The notes under the pieces are model-generated. The model was not told the DNA's origin. It searched no databases and saw only the letters and a list, made by a program, of their open reading frames with translations. A stretch of DNA of 64,000 nt from a virus, in the IMG/VR virus record IMGVR_UViG_3300049427_000004, positions 32,001-96,000 of that record. One strand, written 5' to 3'. Below, in pieces: positions 53,438 to 63,074 of this stretch. Position 1 is the first letter of the stretch. Each line of letters opens with the position of its first letter. Position numbers and translations under genes: made by a program.

Positions 53438-54865
53438 CTCTTATTCTAATTTTTCCGTTATGATAATTCATTTTTAATATTTTCACTTGATGGAAAGTAT
53501 ACCTGTAACTACACAAGCCGTAATTAGAAACCCAAAATTCTTCGCCCAAATCATCAATAATTGCAAATTCATACTCATCATCAAAGAAATCAAAATCCAC
53601 AACTCGATAAATTCTATCATTAGAAATAAACTTTTCTTTTGATCCATTGTAAACATCTCTAAAAGCTTTAAAGAAAGGCATACTATTGTCACCCTTTCCC
53701 TATTAAATGTGTCATTTATTTGGTTAGAGGAATACCTTTTTCTATTTTCATTTGAATAATTTTATTTTAAATTTCTTTATACCCCTTTGCTCTCCACCTA
53801 ACAACTTCAGAATTCCCATCGGTGTCCTCTGCTTCTGCAAGTGCTTCACAGGTGTGCTGAATATCATCCAAGATATCTGCATATGACTGCAATTCTTCGT
53901 AAGTTTCCTGTACTTTTTCTGGCATATTTTCTCCTCTCGAAATGCGGATTTCATTTGCTAATCTGCCGCGACATGTGCCGAAAGTTTGTAGTCGAATGCC
54001 TGAATGACTAAATTAGAACCATCCTTAAAACTTATAACTATTGATCGTTTCTCAATATTAATGTTATCGATAGTTGCATTTGTTAAATGGTCAATGATTT
54101 CTTGGTTATCTTCAATTCTGAACATAGTTTCCTCCCTATTAAATACCGATTTTAACACCTTATTTTTCAGAATGGGCAATCAGTTTGCCAAGAATACCGC
54201 CAGCCCAATGTATGTTGCTTTTCAATTGTTCGTTATGCATGTCATCAATTACCTTCAGACGATCTTGCAACCTTCTATTTTCTCTTCGCAGTCTAACATT
54301 TTCCTCAATCATACTTACAGTTGCAGTTGCATTAATATACAGCTGCTCTTCATCTGGTGTTAACTCCATAGAATCAATAATATCGTAACGGTTTAATTTG
54401 AACATTTTCATTTCTCCTTTTTTATAAATTATTGTTGTATGATTCGATTAGTCCATTAACAATTTCTCGTTCTTTAATCCAATTTCTTATCTCTTGACCA
54501 GTGTGCTCACACAGATCACAGGTTTCTTCATCTTCTGGGATTCCTCCGTATGAACATGCTTGACAATTCCAAGTTTGAGGTAATTTAAATCTTATTCTCA
54601 TGTCAATTCTCCTTATAAAGTAGTGATTTCATCTAAACAGAATCTCTTGCCTTTTTCACTGCTGAGTATACATCAAATGCATAATCATCTTTCATATCTG
54701 AGTACCCCCACGTTCTCTCATCCAGCATATCTCTAGCCAGCTCAAGACATTTGCTAAGTTTTTCGCGTAATTCGTTTCTTCTTTCATCATAACTCGTTAC
54801 AACACCCATTTGCCTTATCTCCTTTTGTATATTAATTTAGTGAATAAAAGAACAATTTTAATACC

Positions 54866-55102
54866 TTATTCCGTTGCTTCCATTGATTCTTCTTCGATTA
54901 TTTCAAGACACAAACCAACGCACTCATTGCAAATATACACGTTGTTTCCTGCGACTAATTTCTTAACATCGTTCTGCGTTTTGCCGCAAAAAGAACATCT
55001 TAGTAAATCATCGGGAATAAGAAAAGTTAATTTATCATACTTCTTTGCTTTCTCAATTGATTCGTAAAATTGATCCAACATTTCTTTGCTCATCTTAGTC
55101 AT
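54866..55102 (-). CDS. Stand-alone ClpX C4-type zinc-binding domain protein
   Basis: [35 protein letters not shown] closely matches the ClpX N-domain; no AAA+ module. Confidence 0.9.
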   Translation of the reverse strand: MTKMSKEMLDQFYESIEKAKKYDKLTFLIPDDLLRCSFCGKTQNDVKKLVAGNNVYICNECVGLCLEIIEEESMEATE

Positions 55103-56985
55103 CTCCTCTCTCTTTTAACAAGCTACAGGGCTATTCTGACACTCTTTCCATTTCGTATAGATATCTAACACCATTTTGACTTCATGAGTCGCTGGTTTCA
55201 ATTTAGGATGCCATGCGTCTGAATCATTCTCAAGAAGCACTAGCAAATCAAGTTGAAAGTTAGAAATGGATACTTTTAATTCAGTTTCAGCAAATTTGAT
55301 AATATTCATTTTTATTAATTCCCCATTCGTTTTATGATAATTAGTTTTAATGTAGTGTTTGGTATTTGCCAGTGTTGTTATCATAATTCATATCGTACAA
55401 TTTATCCTTGATCTTTTTGATACATGCAGCCACTCGCTCATCTATGCTTTGTTCTTTTTCAAGTTCCTTTCGGGCTTTTTCTTGTGATACTGAAATCAAT
55501 GTCGCTTGGCTGATGTAGAAATCAAAAGCAAATGTATTGAGATCATCTACTGTTATCTTAGTGTTTGTGATATTATCGAAAATTTGTGTCGCAAAACCTT
55601 TACCAAATGGATAGAAAACAAATGACACATCGCATAATTCATTTTGTTCAGCAAGGATTAAATCAATTTCTACTTCGGTTATGTATTTGTTTTCTGCTTT
55701 GATTTTGTTCCGTAAGAAGTCCTCTTCAATAAATCTTACACGCATTCCGAAATCACTAACTTTCATTGTTATCATCTCCATTTTTATTTTTAAAGTACTT
55801 GAAAATCACTATTTATTGCTCTTCTCGTTGCATCTCAAGCCATTTACTATATCGGATACATCTCGTTTCTGCGTTTGAACCAATAAAAACTAAGTCACCC
55901 CAATTTTTAGACAATGGCTCAATCCCTTTAGGAACTTGCTCTGTGAACACTTGCCATTTGCCATCAATCAAAGCTTCATTGACTGCTTCATCTTCCCAAC
56001 TTTCAACCTTTAAAAACTGAAAAGCATTATTTGAATAATAGAAATTCTTTTCTTTAGTCACTGTAAACTCATCTCCTTTTAATTCTGCTTTTCATTTACT
56101 GCTTCAAGATTGCTCTTGCATGTAGGACTTCATAAAATTTTACCTCAGTAATTTCTTCAATCTCAATTAATTCATTTTTATAATTCCAAAATCCATCAAC
56201 TTTATCGTGCCAGATGCAGCAAATAGCTCTGTTGAATTCGTCCTTTGAATCAAGAAAATAGGTAAGTCCATTATCAGAACTTAACTTGAATCCCCTACAT
56301 TCTTTTTCAAGATAACGCTTTTGATTGTGTGTTTGATTTAGATCCCCTTTTATATAATAATTCATGTTTATTCCTCCTCTTACAATCGCTCTTTCATAGT
56401 CTGTTATTCATATCTGCTTTGGATCTTCCATCCAGTTAATTGACCTTCCCTATACAAAGGTAACGCCTCATTGTAATTATGTGGTAACTTTTGAACATTT
56501 AGTTTAAAATCGTCTTCTTCACTTCTGTTATATTCTCTTTTGATAATCACTACTTATCTACCCCCTTATCCGATAAATGACTTATTTCATCAGGATTGCA
56601 TCAATAATTTTCTGACAAGAATTATTGTAATGCGCCTGAGCCAGTTCCATACTTTTCTCTAAAGTATACACATCTCTCGCAATATCATTACCATCAAACC
56701 AAATCATATATGTATCATTATTTCCTTTTGAAATGAGATAATGACTTCTCTTAATTCAAAAGTCAACCCATGTCTCGTATTTATGTAACAAGGTTGGCTT
56801 AAGCTCCAATTTCTTAAACATATTATTTTCTCCTTTTCACTTTAAAATAAAATACTTCTTTTATCACCCTACACATATTCATTTTCAATTACCTTCACGA
56901 TAACTATCTTCCCATCTACTCCTACTGCTTTGAATCCGAGTGTTTTCATTTTTCTCATCTCCTATTATATGAATCCTTTCATTAC

Positions 56986-57585
56986 CTAACAAGCAAACTT
57001 ATTTTTCCATCTTTCTGTAAATATTACAGCCATATGATGAATAGACCCAATACTATTCAGACCGCTCAAGCACTGTCCGATTATATAACCAGCGAAATTT
57101 CCCTTGTCTTCTTCATTGAAATTTTCTTTGGTGTTCATGTTAGCTTCGTACCCATGCTGTTCAAAACCATTAATTACTGCTTCTCTATCAAATAATACAC
57201 CAATTCGATCAGACAAAGGCTGTAATTTAACCAGCCACTCAAGAACACAATTCAGATCCGAAAAGTCTAAGGAGTTAATACTTTCTACATGATGCTGTGC
57301 CTCGATACTCATTTTTTTAACTTCTTCTTCACGCTTACGCTCTCTTTCTTTGTATTCTGGGGAGTTAACCCATGCTTCTCGACGCTGCTCACACTGATTA
57401 TCATAATCTTTCAAAATTTCTTCAACAGTTGTTTGTGTAGTGACTTTCATGACAACTTCATTAAATTCGCCTTCAATGTCATGATTTTTATTTTTCCGAA
57501 TTTCAACCAACCGATTCGCAAAATCGGAAATGTGATCTCCAATCATACCACTAAATCTAACGTTTTTCATATTTATCATTATCAT
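56986..57585 (-). CDS. Hypothetical phage protein
   Basis: 199-aa ORF. Confidence 0.6.
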   Translation of the reverse strand: MIMINMKNVRFSGMIGDHISDFANRLVEIRKNKNHDIEGEFNEVVMKVTTQTTVEEILKDYDNQCEQRREAWVNSPEYKERERKREEEVKKMSIEAQHHVESINSLDFSDLNCVLEWLVKLQPLSDRIGVLFDREAVINGFEQHGYEANMNTKENFNEEDKGNFAGYIIGQCLSGLNSIGSIHHMAVIFTERWKNKFAC

Positions 57586-58444
57586 TTATCATTATCACCT
57601 TTCTGCTATTAGTTATAAAATATTCATTTTATGTACTTAGTAAACTGCTCAGTCACTTCATTTCCTTTATCGAAAATCGCTCCATTCTCCTTCACCTCAA
57701 AACCAGATAATTTGAGCAATTCAATAATTTCATCCTTTGTTTTACTAAAGTAAAAATCATCAGTGTCTTTTTGGAACTTTTCTAATTTTGATGACACACT
57801 TACCACCACCTTATGAAAGGATCAATTTATTAGCCGATAGCAACAATTTGTCTAACTAAGTTCATTCTATAATTCGGTTCGCTCCACATAATTTTTTTTC
57901 TTTCTTCTACCTCATATTCAGCAGCATCTTTTTCTTCTTTCAGTTTATCAATATTATCATTCAGTATCATGTAATTTCGTTGAATCTCCAGAAAGATTTC
58001 TTCCAACTCTGAGTTAGGATTTTTGAGTACAAACGATTCAAGTTTATCAATTGATTGTTCTAACTTCATCATATTCAACCCCCAATGAAAATATAGATTC
58101 ATGTGCTTTCTTTATGTATTACTGCTTCTTTTTGATAAGTTCATCTTATCATTTATATATGTAAACTGCAACAACTATTTTACATTTTTTCGTTTTGTTA
58201 TTGATATATAAAAAAGTCCAACATGATCACTCGGATCATACTGGACTATGTGGGTTCATTCTTCAGAATGTTTCTCATATTTTAAAGAGCATAACTTTTT
58301 TATCACCGATCTTCACACTGGCCTTTCTTGTTCTTTCAGCTTCAGTAAGTATTGATATCACATTACCAAATCCCAAATTTTCAAAAAATTCCGCAATGCC
58401 TTCTTTGCTAAACATTGCATCACGAGTACCCCAAATTTTATAAC

Positions 58445-58870
58445 TCATCTATATATCCCCTCTTTTATTAAATTTTTTATGTATTGTATTTTTTCTTCCG
58501 ATTTAAATATATCCAGTAACCCAGATGAGACTAAAAGCGCAAGATCTACTTTCATCATATCTTCATCATCTAATACTGTTATTTTATTTTCATAATCTAA
58601 ACGTTCTTTGTCTACAGTCCTCACTTGCTCCAGAAGGATAACTGAGTCACGTTCAATTTTGTATTTTTCAGTTTTTATTTCAACATGAGTTGGAAGTTTA
58701 GCTTTTTGTATCTGAGAAGTAATAGCTGCCACTGCTACAGTAGGACTAAATCGGTTTCCAACGTTATTTTGATACACGAGTACAGGTCGTAGCCCACCTT
58801 GCTCTGATCCCGTTACAGGAGATAAATCTGCTAAGTAAATATCCCCTCTTTTAATCCATGAAGACGACAT
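58445..58870 (-). CDS. mazF: MazF/EndoA (PemK-family) endoribonuclease toxin
   Basis: [56 protein letters not shown]...[14 protein letters not shown]; catalytic Arg and Thr retained. Confidence 0.95.
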   Translation of the reverse strand: MSSSWIKRGDIYLADLSPVTGSEQGGLRPVLVYQNNVGNRFSPTVAVAAITSQIQKAKLPTHVEIKTEKYKIERDSVILLEQVRTVDKERLDYENKITVLDDEDMMKVDLALLVSSGLLDIFKSEEKIQYIKNLIKEGIYR

Positions 58871-59043
58871 CTCTCTCACTCCTCAAAATACTATTAATTT
58901 TAATTTTATATAATTCCCTTTATTGTTCACTATTTAAATTCAATGTAATTAGACCATTCGAACAAACTACTTTATTTGGCATTCGTATAATTCACTTTTT
59001 ATCTTATAAATGAATTATAAGACTATGTACCTAATACTACAAG

Positions 59044-59057
59044 CGAACATACGTTTC
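59044..59057 (-). promoter_or_regulatory. LexA box upstream of mazF
   Basis: CGAACATACGTTTC matches CGAAC-RNRY-GTTYC. Confidence 0.7.
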
Positions 59058-59230
59058 ATTTCACAACTTTATTTAAATTACAAGCAATAATTTTTCAGCA
59101 AATCTTTACTTGACAGGCTGTTAATTTTGTGTTTAATTCGATTATTTGTTTTTATGTATATTGTCAGTATGCACGTCTTATTCTTATTTTATACAAAAAA
59201 ATAGAAAACGAAACAAAAAGAAGCCTATCT

Positions 59231-59440
59231 CTACTGAGAAGGCTCCTTTATCGTCCATATTTCGTACACAGTAACCCCTAGAGCCTCTGCAATCAAATAT
59301 GCCCTATATAATGATGGTTCACTATTGTTGTTCGCCAGCATCGTTATGGTCGTTCTACTGATCCCTGTGAGCTGTGCTAACGTCTTCTGATCCATCTTAT
59401 TGCGCCAAAGCAGTATCTTAAGATTGTTTTCAATTTCCAT
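59231..59440 (-). CDS. XRE-family HTH regulator
   Basis: IENNLKILL...MDQKTLAQLTGISRTTI...PSLYRAYLIAEALG. Confidence 0.85.
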   Translation of the reverse strand: MEIENNLKILLWRNKMDQKTLAQLTGISRTTITMLANNNSEPSLYRAYLIAEALGVTVYEIWTIKEPSQ

Positions 59441-59538
59441 TGACTCACCTCATTCTAAGTTGTTAACAAAATTCAATTCAACTTTGCACAATTCAGGATG
59501 CTTTGCATATGTTATGGTATGAGACACGAAGAAAGGAT

Positions 59539-59733
59539 ATGACAAACAAAATGAAGAAATGTGACTATTGCAATGAAGTGAAAGTTGTAAATTTAACCGA
59601 CGAGGAACATGACTTATGTTTAAACTGCTTAGAGGGATTACAAATTAATTGGCTGGAGGTGATTGAGATTGATGCACATACATTGGAGATTAGCGGAGTT
59701 GTGGACAATACAATTAAAAAGAGAATTATCTGA
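59539..59733 (+). CDS. Small zinc-finger-like protein
   Basis: CDYC...CLNC; RBS AAAGGA. Confidence 0.5.
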   Translation: MTNKMKKCDYCNEVKVVNLTDEEHDLCLNCLEGLQINWLEVIEIDAHTLEISGVVDNTIKKRII

Positions 59734-59926
59734 AAATGAATTAGAGGAAATGAAACTGTGTATGCAATTGAATGCTTCTTTTGCTTACAAAATGGCTGAT
59801 CTCTACAATTTAGCGCTAATTGCTAATATGACTGATGACATAGATTATTTACATGAGGTTTGCAGCTCAATAGATAAACTGGAGATTGAATACAAATTAA
59901 AGAAGCCAACGCTTAAGGAACGTTGA
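59672..59926 (+). CDS. Hypothetical protein (MHIHWRLAELW family)
   Basis: RBS GGAGGTG; followed by a terminator. Confidence 0.65.
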   Translation: MHIHWRLAELWTIQLKRELSENELEEMKLCMQLNASFAYKMADLYNLALIANMTDDIDYLHEVCSSIDKLEIEYKLKKPTLKER

Positions 59927-59964
59927 CTTCGTGAGAAAAGGATAAGTCGAATATAATATATGCG

Positions 59965-59992
59965 CCTTCATTGAAATTGATGAAGGTTTTTT
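59965..59992 (+). terminator. Intrinsic terminator
   Basis: CCTTCAT...ATGAAGG followed by TTTTTT. Confidence 0.65.
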
Positions 59993-60231
59993 GTAATTGA
60001 AATCAACATTTCAATGACCTTATTCGTATCCTAGCTCAATGATTCCAACAACACTTCCTAAAGTGTCGCCTGCGACATCTAAAGCGGTTCGTATGTCAAC
60101 AGCCTCCACTTCATCCTCTTCAAAAATAATTGCGTTTTCCAATGTTCCATCTTGGTTAAGTGGTACTTTGAAATAAGTAATCTTGAATTTTTTCATATTT
60201 AATTTCACCTCCTTTAATTTGCAAACAACAG

Positions 60232-60510
60232 TCATTTTATTATCTCATCAATTTCATCAGCCTCTATATACTCCCATTCATATAAATCTCTAGGATTGCA
60301 GTTAAGAGCATCTGAAAGGCAAACTGCTACAGATAATGTCATATTATCTCTTCGACCAGTACAATAAAATGATATTATTCTGAAATCAATTCCTGATTTA
60401 TGAGCCAACATAGTCTGGTTCATGCTTCTTGATTTGATTACTTCTTTGAGGAGACACTTGCCTTGAACCAATTTCTTCATAATTGTCACCTCATAAATTA
60501 CTTGATTCAT
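60232..60510 (-). CDS. XRE/Cro-like HTH regulator
   Basis: LKEVIKSRSMNQTMLAHKSGID...LSDALNCNPRDLYEW. Confidence 0.8.
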   Translation of the reverse strand: MNQVIYEVTIMKKLVQGKCLLKEVIKSRSMNQTMLAHKSGIDFRIISFYCTGRRDNMTLSVAVCLSDALNCNPRDLYEWEYIEADEIDEIIK

Positions 60511-61005
60511 TAGCTCTTTGAATGTGATATTAATTCTACTTTGTTAAATCCCGATCTTTTTAGTTCACTTAGATCTATAAATTTATGATTCGTTGTAGGT
60601 TTAGGACATTCTTCTGTTGGCATTAATTCAACTGGGATATAATTAAAATATTGTTTAACCTTTGTCTCAAAACCAAGTTCGCACCGATCACCATCGTAAG
60701 CCCTACATCCATTACATGATTTTTTCATTGGCTTTTTATTCTCTTTCGATGTTCTCTGCGTTTCTTTAGACTGTATGAGTGGACTATATTATGCTTTGTC
60801 TCCCATTCCTTTTCAAACATTTCAGCACCTGCTTTAGTACAGTAATGTGATTCAACCTCATTTCCTTCATCAGTCATTAATTGAGCCACATACATACGTT
60901 CACTTCTGTTGTACCAGATTTCAACCCATGTAGGAGTGTTATCGACTGTTGTATAAGGTAATTGAAATTTGAACAATTGAAACACCTCCTCTTGAAAGAC
61001 TGGTT

Positions 61006-61452
61006 TTAACGTCTTAGAAAATTATATGCCTTGGATCGAATTGTACTATAATCTTTTTCATTACACACTGCACTTGAATTGACACAATCATTAAGTATTT
61101 CTTTAGCCAGCTTTAATTCATCTAGAAGAGTATTAATGTGCTCGATATACTCTCTTTGAGTTAAAAGTACATTACTTCCTAACCCTTTTTCATCTAATTT
61201 TTCAACATGATCCTGACTGATTTTAGCTATGCGCTCAATCTCACTGATTGCAGTCATCTCTTCATCTCCCTTTAACTTTCCGAATATATTCTCCATACCT
61301 TCTCGTGTAACTGCCCAACTTGTTCCGATTTTACGTATGCTGCCTTCTGGAAAATCATCTTTCCGTTTACGTAGCGTTGAATCATCAATACCCCATTTTG
61401 TGACAGCTTCTTTTGAGTCCATGATGTCAGGATCGTTTAAGTTGATTCTCAT
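61006..61452 (-). CDS. HTH-domain protein
   Basis: DIMDSKEAVTKWGIDDSTLRK...RKIGTSWAVTREGMENIFG. Confidence 0.65.
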   Translation of the reverse strand: MRINLNDPDIMDSKEAVTKWGIDDSTLRKRKDDFPEGSIRKIGTSWAVTREGMENIFGKLKGDEEMTAISEIERIAKISQDHVEKLDEKGLGSNVLLTQREYIEHINTLLDELKLAKEILNDCVNSSAVCNEKDYSTIRSKAYNFLRR

Positions 61453-61486
61453 TTAAGTCACCTCGTAATGTTTATCTCTTGATCTC

Positions 61487-61516
61487 ATTATAGCATTCAC
61501 GCCAGCGTGATGTCAA
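61487..61516 (-). promoter_or_regulatory. Consensus SigA promoter with internal palindromic operator
   Basis: TTGACA-N18-TATAAT with extended TG; the spacer holds TCACG-N4-CGTGA. Confidence 0.8.
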
Positions 61517-61891
61517 TACATAAAAAATTAAAAATCATCCTATAGACTTACAATAAAGCAAGGCTATAACATAATCATTTTAACTTACTCTTCATCAATC
61601 CTTAGGGTGCTCATATCTGCTTCTCTAACATTCAAAGTCTTAAGAACACCTTTTACCAGCTCAACTTCTGTTGATGCATACGTGCCATGATTTACTCCAT
61701 CAATGTAAAGAACAGCCCCACCATCTTTCTTGATTAGCAACTGAACTTGTTTCATAAACTTACACCTCCCTCTTTAATTCTATAATTGTATTATACCACA
61801 ATTTTCAATTTTTCTCAACTGAACACAATCATAATGATTATTTGGTTTTAAAGTAACGGTGATGAAACGGCTCTTTAATTGGGTAAAAGAA

Positions 61892-61925
61892 AAGCCCTGA
61901 GTTAAGCCCTCAGAGCCGCTCTAAC
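61892..61925 (-). terminator. Intrinsic terminator after a small basic ORF (about 61902..62069)
   Basis: GCTCTGAG...CTCAGGGC followed by TTTTCTTTT on the minus strand. Confidence 0.55.
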
Positions 61926-62142
61926 ACGGTAAACCAGTGTTCTCCATACTTTACGCATAGAGCGTTTCTTCTCCGTTCTAAAGACTACTACAACCTTCGT
62001 AGGGCACGAAATAACGACTGGCTTACCTTTTTGCATTTCAATTATGACTCTCTTCAAATCTATCAACTCCTCTTGTGTTATTGATAGATTATATGCTAGA
62101 GTTGATTTTATTATTCATCAAATTATATTTTTCATTTTTAAT

Positions 62143-62541
62143 TTACATTTGAAGCAACTTTATTAAAATATCTCGGCTAACTTTTGATGTGCAATTCTTG
62201 ATGTTTTCAGTTATCAAGAATGTTAAAAATGATTTAATGTGCGCTGCCTTATTTCCTTTTGTAACACTATTGTCATATGACGAAAGAAAAGTATCAATAT
62301 CTTCTCGTTTGCACATGGCAACATCTTTTCCTAAACCCTCTAGAAAATTGCTTATTGTACATTTATATTGGTAATAAGATGAACGTTGACTCTTATTGTT
62401 ATCGATATCTGGATACTTGGCAGTTTGGAAAGAATCTAAGTAAGATCGGTTAAGTTCAGAAATTTTGTAAACTTTCATTTTGCTTACTTTGCTATCCAGC
62501 GTTTCAACATCATCGATTGACATTTGAATCAACTCTCCCAC
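62143..62541 (-). CDS. Stand-alone integrase core-binding (SAM-like) domain protein
   Basis: YKCTISNFL...KREDIDTFL...KGNKAAHIKSFLTFL resembles the phage-integrase N-terminal SAM-like domain; no catalytic domain follows. Confidence 0.5.
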   Translation of the reverse strand: MGELIQMSIDDVETLDSKVSKMKVYKISELNRSYLDSFQTAKYPDIDNNKSQRSSYYQYKCTISNFLEGLGKDVAMCKREDIDTFLSSYDNSVTKGNKAAHIKSFLTFLITENIKNCTSKVSRDILIKLLQM

Positions 62542-62729
62542 AATATTACCTCCAATTCAACCTATGTATTTTTAATTTCGTTATAAAGTTCAATTGCTAA
62601 TTTGAAGTCAATCAAATTTCCATTACGAGTAATGATGTAAGGTTTTCCCTGAACAACACGAGCTTTCATCAATTTTACCTCCTTTATTAATGAATTAGTG
62701 TTTAAAACAATATTTTCATCGTGATAAAA

Positions 62730-63074
62730 CTAACAAGCTAAAGCTATTTGATTATTTCCTATAACAGAAATTGCTCCCTTGGTAACAGCGTGAACAGACT
62801 TTACATTGAATTGAGAGAAATCAAATATGAATCCTTCATGAATAAAAGTAGGTTTGATTTCTGATACTTGGCTCAATTTATTTAGAAGCTTGTAAAGATT
62901 TTTGAATGATACACAGCTAATCACACTCATTCCTTCTTCAAACTCTTGAGTTATTGGTTCTCCGATAATTGCAGAGGGATCAATATGAAGCAGCTTCAAT
63001 GTTATAGCTAGAGGACTTACAAGAATAGTTCCATGTCCGAAGATAATTTTGTTTCCTTCAATCATTTTTATCAC
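62730..63074 (-). CDS. Hypothetical protein
   Basis: 114-aa ORF between 18-bp sites at 62702 and 63097. Confidence 0.55.
   Translation of the reverse strand: MIKMIEGNKIIFGHGTILVSPLAITLKLLHIDPSAIIGEPITQEFEEGMSVISCVSFKNLYKLLNKLSQVSEIKPTFIHEGFIFDFSQFNVKSVHAVTKGAISVIGNNQIALAC

Noticed and set aside
58880-59230. MazE antitoxin gene upstream of mazF
   Set aside because: No RBS-led ORF of suitable size is visible; the region is AT-rich regulatory DNA.
61890-61990. Riboswitch or sRNA from the GC-rich hairpins
   Set aside because: Explained by the end of a small RBS-led ORF (about 61902..62069) and its intrinsic terminator.
1507-62374. Most plus-strand ORFs in the track (e.g. 1507..1911, 5335..5661, 11809..12075, 33373..33741, 54004..54363)
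   Set aside because: They are antisense shadows of well-supported minus-strand genes, lack RBSs and have atypical composition.
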